A stretch of DNA of 57,130 bases, filler included, from Bipalium vagum (taxonomy: Eukaryota), in assembly GCA_037834085.1 (NCBI GenBank). It is 3 parts of 3 records of this genome, joined end to end, with 100 filler letters (N's around TTAATTAATTAA, not from the genome) between each part and the next. Parts side by side here need not be neighbours in the genome. Positions count along the whole stretch, not along the records: positions 15,610 to 36,577 come from JBBMKC010243709.1; positions 36,678 to 57,130 come from JBBMKC010252856.1; 1 more part is not named here. One strand, 5' to 3'. The position numbers and the translations under genes were made by a program. Under the pieces are notes generated by a model, which saw nothing but the letters and a program-made list of their open reading frames with translations, ran no database searches and was not told where the DNA came from. Each line of letters starts with the position of its first letter. Position 1 is the stretch's first letter. Below, piece by piece: positions 25,168 to 37,139 of the stretch.

Positions 25168-26824
25168 AAGAAAGTTCGATATATTTAAATGATTTATTTA
25201 AATAAATAAAAATTAGCGACTTTTTATTATATTAGGCAAAGAATAATTTATTAAGTATTATAACTTCATTTATCAAACAAATTAGTATTTCAATCAATAA
25301 AAGAGAAAAAACGATAAAATATGATGAATGGGGTTGATTATTCAGTTAAATATTCTATAGGTATAACTAATAAAGAATTGAGCAAAATAATTAATTTGAT
25401 TTTTCAGCTTAATCAATTTTTGAACAAGAATATAAATTGGCAATTCTGTTCTACCATTGATCTTGTTAGTGATTTTTTATAAAAAAAATAAGTCCCCTGA
25501 TGAATATTGAACGTTTTTGTACTTATACAACATGAATAACCTTCGGCTTAATTTAAGAATGAAAAATTTTCACTATGACTGTTAGAATTTCTTCTAAATC
25601 TTAGAACTTTTTTACATTTTACAATTCTTTGTATTAATTTTTATTTTAATCTGAAACATGTGAAATAAAGAAGCTCTTTTTATAATTTAAATAAAATAAA
25701 TCCCGTAATCTACACAAATTACGAGGAGAAAAGAATTCTAAAATGTAGGTCTTTATATTTTCTCATCAAATTTATGCTTCTCAGGGTATTATGATTTTCC
25801 ATCTCCTTGTTTTTCCATTAAAAACTAATTTAAAATGTTTACAATGCTTAAATAAATATTGCAAAATATTGAAATATTACATTTTCTAAATGGAAACTTG
25901 TGTTATTAACTACTTTTCTTTAATTTAAAGTATCAAAGGAAAATATAATTAAGTAAAAATTTTAATAATTGAATAAAATAAAAGGTGAAATTAAAGAAAT
26001 AAGTAGGAAAATTATTTATAAAGTCAATTTTGATATTTATGTTGAATAGTAATTTTCATGAATAGAATAAATTTTACGATTAGTTTCTATAAAAATAAAT
26101 AATAAACTAAAGAAAATTATGTTTTGTCATGTCTGTTGTCATATTAACTTTTCAACTTTATTCTCCAGTCAAAGCAATCATTTCTGCACAAACTTCTCAA
26201 ATATCTAAATCTTTTTTCTGCTTAAAATTCTTTTCACATTTGACATTTGAGTAGGGATATCTTAGTAAAGAATTATTTCTCAAATGTATTATTTCTTCAA
26301 ATAAATCTGGGATGATTTCATTGGGAAAATATTGTAGAATTTCATGAATTATTCAAAGAAGAATTTCTGGTTTTGAAGAAAATTAATTTTTTATCGATAA
26401 TAATAAAGATAGTCAGTTTTTCAAAAAGAGAAATAAGATTTAGATCGGATAACTTTAAAAAGGAAAGTTTTTCTATTTTACTGATTTTATGAAAATCTGT
26501 AAAAATAAGTCAATATAGAGAAAATATTTTTTTATCTTTATTATTATTATTTTCAAAGCTATTTTTATTTTTCAACTATTTTCATTCAAATTGATTGTAC
26601 TGGACCGAAAAGTTATCTAGAGTAAACAGAAGTGGAGATAATTTTTTTTATAATCAATAAAATATGTTACTCCAATTTTTATTTCTAATAAAATAAACAA
26701 GTCAATAAAAATCAGTTTCCCTGAGATAAAAATTTATTGAGAATTATGTTCAGCTTGATTGATAATTATATTTTGAAGTCACAATGAAATCAATGGTATT
26801 ATAATGTGTATATATTTTGTATAG

Positions 26825-27112
26825 GTGCACCATGAATTGGCTCGACTTCATGAGTTCGGGCGATTTTTAAAATCTAAACAATTACCCGGTGGATTTTTAC
26901 ATCACCAGTTCTGGTCGCATCTTTTGAATGAGAAGGATTCGTCGGAAAAAGTTTACGATAACAATTCAACAAACCATATTAACATAAATTGGGAAGCTTG
27001 TCTGTTTCACGAACGCCACGCGGCTCAACTGGGTTGTTTGGAAGCGGTCATTGTCATGGCAAGATATTGCTTAAATATGACTGGACATATGCTTCAAGAT
27101 TGCCCTTTGCCG
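26825..27112 (+). CDS. EEF2K: eEF2 kinase, SEL1-like region exon
   Basis: atag|GTG...CCG|gttggt, 288 nt. VHHELARLHEFGRF...ACLFHERHAAQLGCLEAVI matches eEF2K VHLAMVRYHEGGRF...AVFHLEHAANLGELEAI. Confidence 0.92.
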
Positions 27113-27959
27113 GTTGGTTTTTATTAATTTATGATTGATTGACTTCGTATATTGTTTTATTTTATTTTATATCAATATTTCAATTACCAAATGTCAGATG
27201 ACATAATCTAATAACATTGATGGGAATATTTCAAATTTCAGAATAAGTCATTTACTTTTATTTTCTGAGATATTTATTCGGAACATTCCAGTTTTATACT
27301 TCTTTTGATTACAGGGATTAATATCATTTCGTTTTACATGTATAATCATTTGATATCTTTAATTAAATAAGAGAAACCACTGGCGTTCAGTTTAAGGGTG
27401 ACAACTTCGTGACGTGCATCTTTTGTTTATCTGGAATCGTTATTAATGGATTTCAATGAATCTTTATGTCAGTCTGTGTCTCTGTGTGGCATTATTAACC
27501 ACCCAACACATTAGCCACGCTTTGTAAATTATATATCGTTTGTAGTTTTGCTTTATTCACTGCATTAAAAATAACGCTTAGAAATAAAATCAATCGTTTA
27601 TCTCTAAGAACATTCTTGAGACTTGAGATAATTATAAATTATTTATTCAATATTCTTTAATAGTTCTGCTAAGAATTCTCCAGAACTGGATAAACACTTT
27701 TCATTTGAATTATTTGTTTTCATTTAACAACGATATTGGTTAAGTACATTACAGATATAATTTTCAAGGACTGTTTATACAAGTCCAATAGCTATGTTTT
27801 GGTTTTTTTGTCAGTCGCATATCAAGCTTGGTCGCATTAAAGTTTTGATTCTGAAAAACTGCCTACGTGCTTCTTATAGTTTAGTAATATTTATTGTTCT
27901 TTTCATAAGTTCTTAATATTTTTCTTATTCAGCACCAATGATTTGAAAATTAAAGTTAA

Positions 27960-27993
<34 letters not shown>

Positions 27994-28251
27994 CATTATC
28001 ATCGTCACACAAATAACTAATTCCACTTAAACCGATTTTCAGTTTTTGTCAAAGATTAATACATAAATTAATTTTGTTCAATAATTGATTTCCATTTCTA
28101 TCGATCAATGTTTTTTCGGTATGAATATTGAATTTATTAGTAAATATTTTTGAAGTTCAAAGTAATTTTCATTTTATCTCCGTGAAAAAAGTTAAAAAAT
28201 AAATTATGACAAAAAAATCAAGCATAAATTGAAAAAATATTGAAATTTCAG

Positions 28252-28612
28252 CCAACACAGAATGATATCGATTGTGGTCTTGATTATCTTTGGAGAGCCG
28301 CGGACAGTGGTGATAGAAGATCTATGATTGAACTGGCCAATTTATATAGAAAAACGGAAAATATTGATGGTAAATTAAACGAAATCGAAATGAACAAAAC
28401 TATTCTGACCGTTGATTGGTACGAAGCTGTTAAATGGTATAAACGTGCTTTTGAGGCTGCAAATAAACCGGATGGGCAATTGGACTCAAAAGACGCCGAA
28501 GGAAGATATGATTCGGCTGATGATTTGATGCCTCCTCAAGAAATATTGGCAGCAATGGCCGAATTATATCTAAAAGGTGGCTATGGATTGGACCGGAACT
28601 GTCAATTAGCTG
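28252..28612 (+). CDS. EEF2K: eEF2 kinase, SEL1-like region exon
   Basis: ttcag|CCA...GCT G|gtttgt, 361 nt. GLDYLWRAADSGDRRSMI, DWYEAVKWY, AELYLKGGYGLDRNCQLA. Confidence 0.92.
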
Positions 28613-28749
28613 GTTTGTAGTTATTTGATATTTTTCAGTGTTATTTTCTGTTATAATACGATATTCATTAGAAATAGTATTTCTTTTATTCATGAAAGTA
28701 ACACATCAATTTTTACATAAAAAAATTATTTATCCAAAATTAATAGTTA

Positions 28750-30016
28750 TCAGGTTGATTCAAAAGTTATTCATGTTTTTAGTTATTTAAAGTTCTTGTT
28801 TTATCATATCAGTTAATTATAAAAATATAATTTAAAAAATTTAATTATAGAAAAATTTGGTATCATTTACAAGGAGAATGTAATTAAATTTTAAAATTTT
28901 AAATTATAAAATTCCATTCACTTATTTTTACAGTTAAAATGGTTGAAGAGAAAACAGTAATTCGGATCCTTTTACTTCAATGTTGGAAAAAAGGTCTATC
29001 AGCTGCAGCTGCGACTCGAAACATGTGAGACGTGAAAGGCAAGGATGTGCTCAATTAAAATGCGGCTCATGGGTGGTTTCGACGCTTTAATCAGCGAGAT
29101 ACTGGTCTGGAAGATCAGGAACGTTCAGGTCGACAATTGATGGTGAACCAGGAAGAGCAACAGCCCAGTACAAGAACCCGATGGCTGTCAAAGGAGCTCA
29201 AGGATTCTCAAAGAACCATCGTTTGTCATCTGCATAACATGGGTTTTGTAAATAAAAATCAACTCAGAGTTCCTCACGAATTGACAAATAATCAAGCCAA
29301 GCGTCGAGTTGATCTTTGCCGCGAATTACTCCAGAATCCAAAAAACAACCGCTTTTTGAGGCGCATTATTACAGGAGATGAAAAGTGGGTTTTCTTCCGT
29401 AATTCTAGTAGAGGTAAACTGTGGCTTCTGCCTGGCCAGCCAACTCAGCAAGCAGTTTCACTAGATCGCTTCGAAAAGAAAGTGTGTTGTGCGTTTGGTG
29501 GAATTACTGGGTGTTTGGTAGTGTGCACTGGGAACTTGTTTCGGATGGTCGAGCTATCGAATGGTAATCTTTATGCTGAACAACAAGTTCATGATGCTTT
29601 GAGAACTTGTTACCAAGCATTGTTGAATCGTGGTAGAGCTCCTACAGCATGATAATGCTCCAGCTCACACATCACGAATAGTGAAGCGGAAAATTCAGGA
29701 ACTGCAAGGCATCGAAGTCATCCCGCATCCACCCCAGATCTCGCTCCTTCTGATTATCATATATTTCGGTCTGTATCATATTTTGTACCGAGGGGAGACG
29801 CTTTGGTTCAGAGGAAGAAATACAAAATGGAATAGCTGGAATTCTTCGAATATAAAAAACCTTAGTGGTATCGCCATGGAATTGAGCAATTGGCAGAAAG
29901 ATGGCTTTGACTAATAGAAACTGATGGAATATATTTCAAGGATTAATGTGATCTGTGTTAAAAAAAATTTTAAATAAAGTCTTTGCTTAACAACATGAAT
30001 AAATTTTGACTCAGTA
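28750..30016 (+). mobile_element. Near-full-length degenerate mariner (DD34D) in eEF2K intron
   Basis: TIRs TCAGGTTGATTCAAAAGTTATTCATG / CATGAATAAATTTTGACTCA. Transposase 28939-29946 with RVPHELT, IITGDEKW, HDNAPAH and PDLAPSDYH; several frameshifts. Confidence 0.92.
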
Positions 30017-30018
30017 TT

Positions 30019-30270
30019 AGGTTCATGCGAAAATTCTGTTGGCTTGTCTAAATTCATTAACCATACCAACGATCGATAACATAAAATTTGAATAAAAAAT
30101 ATATTTTATTTGGTTTCGTTTATCAAACGCGTAAACAAAAACTACATATTCGTTGGGAGGAAGTAATCAACAATTATGGGCACTATATAATTGATTAATC
30201 GTATTTATTCTTCAAATATATTATTTTTTTAATTTCATTGAAAACTAACAGAATTTATGCATCAACCCAA
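30019..30270. mobile_element. mariner-type MITE abutting the previous element
   Basis: TIRs TTAGGTTCATGCGAAAATTCTGTTGG / CTAACAGAATTTATGCATCAACCCAA. Confidence 0.7.
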
Positions 30271-31635
30271 TAATAAAAGTATTAATAAAAAATTAATTTA
30301 TTTCAATTAAAAGAAAATCAATAGACAAGTATATTTTTGACAATTAAACGTGATTATTATAAACACATGCTTTCTTATATTATATAATAATGATTTTTTA
30401 TTCATATATTAATTAATCAGCCTTTGAAACTCGTTCCAAGATAGAGAAATTTTTTGGAGGCATAATGTATGTTTTATCGATTTACATTACGAAGTTAAAA
30501 ACTAAAGACAGAAGTTCGGGAACTACTTTTGATAAAAATTCTGACAATTTATTTTAATTATTATATATGTTAATTTAATATTACTATATTTATTATTATT
30601 AATCATATTTTATTTGATCTTTAAATTTAATTAATTTGTAAACTCTACTTGAAAAAAAAACATCTTTATATTAATAATTGCTTTTATAAGTTAAATAACC
30701 GTTAAATCTGAAATGTACATTTGTTAAATGTTGGTATAGCAGTGACATGAAAGTCAATCGAACATTTCAAAGAATTAGGAGACAGTGGCCATTGATAAAG
30801 TATAAGACTCAACACTGAATACCAGAAAACCCTTGATGATCGTATTAAGCAAATTATCAATGATCGAAAAAAAATTCTACATGGAACCATGGGGGTCTCA
30901 CATTTGCAATACTTTCACAAATGAACTGAAACTCTTCAGGTCTGTATGTTCTGCAAATTTACAATAGCTGAATGACAAAAAATCGGAAAGACGTAAGAAA
31001 TGATGTCTTTGTTTATTAGAAAAGCGCAGTTCTCAATTTCATCGGATAATATTTTTTTTCCATTGGGTAACATTTCAGTATTTAAAGAGACAGCGTGGTT
31101 TGGATTATAGTATTAATCTCTGACAAAATTGAACTTGTTTTCGCTTATTAGAAAATTACTATCAATTCACATAATTATAATAATGAAAGCATATTGGGTC
31201 AACGTAAAAAGATTCTATATCTGACAATCAAACAAAGGCATCACAAGATTTTCGAAAATCAAATGTCGCGTAATATATCCATTTCCGAGAATAATATTTA
31301 GTATAGTATATTTATTTTTTTTATTATACACTTTATTGAAGAAGTTTAATAATTTCTTTGAGTAACATTATTTGAAAAATGTCTGAACTTTTATTGAACA
31401 AAAATTATTTTAAAAATTTACAAGCAACGTTAATAACTATTACGGGATGTTTATTCAGCGAGTCTCAATTTTAACCTCTCATCATATTAATCAAAATTTT
31501 AATCTTACAACGTTTTGTTTAACAGAATGATAAAATCTGAAATTTGAAAAAATTCTGAGAATCTTAAAAATATCTTTTAATAAGTTTTAATAATAATAAA
31601 GATAAAATTAGTTTAAAAAATTCATCTATATATTG

Positions 31636-32190
31636 TAGGGCGTGTAAGTAGGTATCAGATTTTAAAACATTGCAAAACATTTATTTTTAAATAAGACGAC
31701 ATTTAAGAAAGTTGAAATGGAGAACAATGGAAAACGCCGGAGAACAAAACGAAAATTAAATTTTCAATAGGATGGAACTCCCGCTCCCATTACCCATTTG
31801 AAATTAGAATTTTTTGAATATCACATTTAACAAAAGGGGGTGGGTAGGTTTGGAGAGCAGGATCATTCTATTGAGATACAACATAACCAGAGGATTTCTT
31901 TATTTTTGGAATATCTAAAGACAAAGGTTTATACAAGAAACCCAAAGAAGCTAAAAGATCTGACAGATGCAATCGAAGAAGAGGCAGCTAAAATATCACC
32001 ATAAATGTGTAAAAATACTGTTTTCTTTTATCGTTTTTGAAAACAATGTATTAATGCTAATGAATGTTCTCTTGAAAATGATTATTATTTAATAAATATA
32101 TTTCATTGTGTCAAAAATTAACAGTATTGTCGTAAGTATATTTAACAATATATTAATTAAAATCGAATACTTACCTTTTACACACAGACA
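31636..32190 (+). mobile_element. Internally deleted Tc1-like element (C-terminal remnant)
   Basis: FQ*DGTPA, PEDFF..EYLKTKVYTRNPKKLKDLTDAIEEE. Degenerate TIRs GTGTAAGTAGGTATCAGATTTTA / TAAAATCGAATACTTACCTTTTACAC. Confidence 0.7.
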
Positions 32191-34097
32191 ATAAATGGAT
32201 AAAAAATTTATTGATATTTGTTCTCTATAAATATATCGACGACTCTTGACCGACTTACGAATTAATTTCTAATGAATATAAAAGTACTACTGAAATATGT
32301 TGTAGTGAAAAGAAGCTTATTTGCAAAACAGTGTAATTAAATATTTTCTCTAACACTAAGCATTAAGCAAGAAAAAATAATTTTGTTGTGTTCTCAGTTC
32401 TTCAAAGAGAAATTTTGTTAAATATGCAAAAATCTCAAAATAATAATGATGCTATTGGAATGATTGTCTTATTTTACAATCAATTTTTAAAGAGAAATCG
32501 TAAAAATTAACATGTTTCATTTAGAATCAAAATGACACTGATAAAATTGTTTTTAGAATTAAATTACTTTGAAAATCATTTTTTATAATTTATAAAGTAA
32601 TTTGAAACATTGTATGCAATGTTAATATCACAGTTTTTGACTCAATCATGTTGGGCAGCCATTAATTATTTCATCTTGTACTCCAATTGTGGATTGGTGG
32701 TCTTTGTTATTCGTTTCTTAAATTAGATTGAACTAGTTGGAGGATAATGTTCTTTATGACAAACGTTCTTTGTTAAAGATGAATTTTGTTTACTTGAAAT
32801 TACCATATTATCGAATTTTAAATCAGTTCATAAATAAGTTTCCATTAAAATTTTTCGAATGACATCGTAACTTTGCAAATGTGAAAAAATTAGTGATTTC
32901 CTAGAAAAAAGGTACTATTTCTTGATTAATTTTCTAATTTCCTTACCCATACGGAGTGTAAGTTTCAAAATTTTCCTTATTGTAATTTCGGTTAGTTAGT
33001 ATTTAATAATAATTATTATTTTAACCAAAAAAATATCAATATTTACAAGTCCGAATAATGATTACTTTGATAAATATTTAAGAAATCTGATCGTCTAAAA
33101 GAGCGAGTCAATTTTTATTTATGATGCTTAAATTTAAATTTGAAAACGTAATTATTTGTTATTATGATCTGTTTACAGTCGTAATTATGCTTTCAGTAAA
33201 CAGCAAAAACAATTTTCATTAGTACTTTTCTATTATTAGTGTTTATGATTTAATTTTAATGTTCATCTTTAGGATACAGTTAAATTGTAAAATTGTTTTT
33301 TGTAAATTTTTTTTTCTGTGTTTACTTGCTCATTTTTCTTAATCGATAAATGCAGAATTGATTTAACATGTTATTCAATGTTTTTAAATATAAGTTTAAT
33401 TTTGATGTTAAATGAATAAAAAAACGTTCTTCTTAAATAGTAATATAATTTATCGTATTGATAGTTTAAATGATATATATTTTAGACAATTTAATCCTCA
33501 ATTTAAAGATCAATCACTAAGTAGAGCAGTTTTTTCTGAATAAAGACGTAAAATAAATATTGATTATTAATACATAATATTAAATTATTAACAGAAGAAT
33601 ATCAAAAGTAATCAGATAAATGTAAAGGTTTTAACTTCAAACGAGTAATAAGCAGGAGCTATATTCTTTTTTTCATTTAAAGTTTTTTAAACGACGTCTT
33701 ATTTATGTTGCTAAACTCATTTAAGCCATCAGCAATATGATTTACAATCTTATCGACAACTTATGATTATAACTTATTAAAACAAACTTAAAGGCTTAGA
33801 TAAATTTCACAATTCTATTTCCTAAAAATTTGTTGGAAAACATCAAAAAATGTGTTGCTTTATTTTAAAATCTGATACTTATTACAAGGCTTCTATTATG
33901 GATTTATAAAGGCTTGTCGTTGTATAAAATTATTGTATAAAACCATCATTGAGAAAAATATAATCGAAAATTTGTAAATTTATATGCATATTTGTGATGT
34001 TTTTATTGTGAGGAGACTCGCACTTATTTATTATCAACAATGATTAGTGTGTCACAAGTAAAATTGTTTATTTACAATTAAAATAATTGTTATCCAG

Positions 34098-34213
34098 GTG
34101 AGCTTTATAGTCAAGCAGCAGAAATTGCTACCAATGCTCTTCAGGGACGACAGGCCGTCAAATATTATGAACTTTCTGACATAGCATTCTCTCAAGACGA
34201 ATGTTGTGAATAA
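34098..34213 (+). CDS. EEF2K: eEF2 kinase, last coding exon
   Basis: tccag|GT GAG...TAA, phase 1 matching the previous exon. GELYSQAAEIATNALQGRQAVKYYELSDIAF matches eEF2K GDLYTQAAEAAMEAMKGRLANQYYQKAEEAW. Confidence 0.92.
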
Positions 34214-35039
34214 ATTTTAAATCCATTCATTTGTTGATAATAGCATCGTTTTTGTTAACAAAAATTCATTCTCATTTATCCATTTCATTCGAGTTCCAGT
34301 TTTTTATCTTTGTATTATTTTATGTAGTTGTCAAAAATATATTTTATTCAGTCATTTTAGTTGTAACCATTAAAATACTTTAAAGTGGTTTCCATTTGGA
34401 TTGTACTCGTTAGTGGAACAAAGTGAAGTTCATTTGAAGTATCGATTATCAAAAAATTTAGCTGATCTTTGAATGTTGGAGAAGTCAAAAGATTATTTAA
34501 TTTCAATTATTTATAAAGTTTCTCTTATCGAGGAATTTTAATATTTTCATTATATTTGAAATTGTTAAAAAAGTTTTTAAGGCAAACAAAATCTTATTCA
34601 ATGAAAAAAACTGCTTTAACTAATATATTTTTAGGATTTGTATTAGTTTTTAATAATATGATATCATTTTTTTTAACTTCGAAATTTATTTTAAAATTCT
34701 TACTTTGTAATTACGGATTACTTAAAAAAAACATAAAACATCTAAAAATTTTAATTTCGGTTGAATAGTGTTTAGAAAATTAGAAAAATTGCTAATATCA
34801 ATTTGGTTTACAATCAGAACTTTATTAAGTTCTAAAACTGTTATTATTATAACTTATCAGATAACTTTCGTAATCAATAACTTCTCACTCAACAATGTTG
34901 TGTTCGCTTCTCTTTACCGTTACACAAATTTGCTAAAATTAGACAATCAATTAGAGTATTAAGAGAAAATTATAAGATTGATTGCGATTTCCTTCAGATT
35001 GACGGCGAAATCAACTTAAAATGTATAATTTCAATTAAT

Positions 35040-35600
35040 TATACTGACTCAAAAATCATATTATAGACGGAAAAGAAAGGTACAAGACCAGTAAAATACT
35101 AAGGAATGCTGCCGCTTTAAGTCACTTTAATAGTTGGAAATCGCACACAATACAAGGAATTTTAGTCCACTGTTTTAGCTTAAATCTAAAATCAAATAAA
35201 ATAATAATCAAAATAGACTTAAATGATAAACAATGGCCCTTTCTCATGAAAGTCAGAACAAATAATCTTCCAATATACTATAAACCAAATAGAATTAAAG
35301 TTAAGCTCCCATTACAATGCAGGAAATGCAATATACACGTAGAAATTCAGGCTAACATATTGAATCACTGTAAATCATTTCCTGAAAATCGCAGGTCAAG
35401 TAGAGTATTAGAAATTAGTGGAAATTACTTAATACATTGGATTTAATGTAGACATAGACTTGAAACATATCGAACTTTAAAAACCACAAGACTTAGACAA
35501 GATCTATAATTCGTGATGATAATAATAAAAAGATTCACTTACTTGACATGATAGTACCATGTGATACGGAAATTAACTTTAAAAACATGATAGATGTTAC
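35040..35600 (+). mobile_element. 3' remnant of an RLE-type (R2/NeSL/R4-group) non-LTR retrotransposon
   Basis: W..HTIQG, FLMKVRTNNLP, CCHC knuckle CRKCNIHVEIQANILNHC, then decayed RLE motifs LRQDL...KIHLLDMIVP. Confidence 0.75.
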
Positions 35601-35619
35601 TATTATTACTAAACAAGTA

Positions 35620-36330
35620 ACCTTCGATCGTCTATCGACAACTCCTTACCTTAATGTGTTGTGTTCGTTTTTTCGAATTTTAAATCAAAATGAATCAAAA
35701 CACCCACTGTAATACTTTATCCGCACCCTAAAAGCTGAACCAAAACACTCAAAATATAACTTTTTCGCTCTGTCACAGCAATTACAAATTCAAAATCAAT
35801 TCATAAATCAAATCAAAACCGAAATCTATCAACTTCTAAAATGAAATAAAATCCGGTAATTCTGTACCTCTGTCGAAAAATCCTCGCGAATGTCTCAGAA
35901 TAATTCACTTGAATCCTTCTAACGAATAAACTGCTGTGTCGTTTTGCGTTAAAAAATTTCTTTTTTAAATTGTTCGGACATTTATGGGAATAGCCGTTTC
36001 CTTTTATTGTTTTAGAGATTGGTCTACGATCACCAATCCTTACGTTTAAAAACGGCTATTTTCCCTAATAGCCATTGACTTTCTCCACGCCGAGATAGAC
36101 TCATATCAAGGCTAATGGAATCCTGTCAGGAAATTCATTAGCCTAATCTCTCAATAAATCCCCACGGCGGGATTTTGTCATAATAAAAAAATTCTCTTTT
36201 TTAAAAAAATATTTGTTGGGTTAGCCAAGCACACATCCTTGCCAACCCTTGTAAAGTATATGGTGGAGACCGCAATAGGGTTTTAATTGATTATTATCAA
36301 TTAATTATTAAGACCACAAGAAGGTCAGAA
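35620..36330 (-). mobile_element. Structured 5' leader related to that of the element at 5040
   Basis: The reverse complement of 35985-36073 aligns with 5052-5141; a cluster of further hairpins runs to ~36326. Confidence 0.6.
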
Positions 36331-36355
36331 ATAAATTAATAATAAAAAAAAATAA

Positions 36356-36577
36356 TGTTACGATTTTAATTCACTAAGAACCCCGTCGTAACCTTAGCTC
36401 GAAACTTGTCCCTCTGGGTGTACGCAATTGAATGAATCAAACGACTGAATACAACAATTTATTGCTTCAACAACGATACAAAATAATCCAAACAATCACA
36501 AAAATGTCAATTAATTGTATCACACTGGAAAAAGCAAAAATTATAATAATTAATAATGTTATGATCAAATGTAAATA
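36356..36577 (-). mobile_element. Possible LTR 3' end, truncated by the contig end
   Basis: Begins TGTTACGA (minus strand ...TCGTAACA), with a minus-strand AATAAA about 100 bp inside. Confidence 0.35.
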
Positions 36578-36677
36578 NNNNNNNNNNNNNNNNNNNNNNN
36601 NNNNNNNNNNNNNNNNNNNNNTTAATTAATTAANNNNNNNNNNNNNNNNNNNNNNNNNNNNNNNNNNNNNNNNNNNN
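36578..36677. other. Artificial contig linker/gap
   Basis: 44 N + TTAATTAATTAA + 44 N. Confidence 0.97.
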
Positions 36678-37139
36678 ATAAAATAAAGTGTAGTAATTAA
36701 TTATTATTGATAATTAAAGAAATTCTTTACATTATCAATATTTTATTTAAAAATCTTCTTTTTCTCTTTTTTGTTATCTAGCAATATTGTTGTCAAAATA
36801 GAGGTGAAAACGGTGTAAATTAATTACACAGAAATTTCTCGCTTCTGTTTTTATTTAATAATCTTCCAGATTCTTCTTTTGTGTTCATTCATAACATCTA
36901 CGGTTAGGTGAAATAGTCATCCAATTCGATATTTTGCTTCTGGACGTCTACACTTTTCCTTATGTAGATTGATATTTTCTTTAATTGATTGATACACTAC
37001 CTTCACATTCAAATAGGAGTCAGATAAAAGATACGAATAAGAAATTTAAACAACACCTCACATTCAAAAACCTAACAGAAGGTTCGGCGTTGTAAGTAAT
37101 CCTTTTCTTTTAATAATCATATTAATTGAATTCTATAGG

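Noticed and set aside
30720-31260. Additional IS630/Tc1 relic in the eEF2K intron
   Set aside because: Only vague similarity; no catalytic motif or TIR could be read.
34556-34962. Short ORFs after eEF2K (likewise 18116-18340, 38504-38689, 43144-43458, 48529-48714, 49130-49336)
   Set aside because: F/I/K/L/N-rich translations of AT-rich non-coding DNA, with no motifs or splice support.
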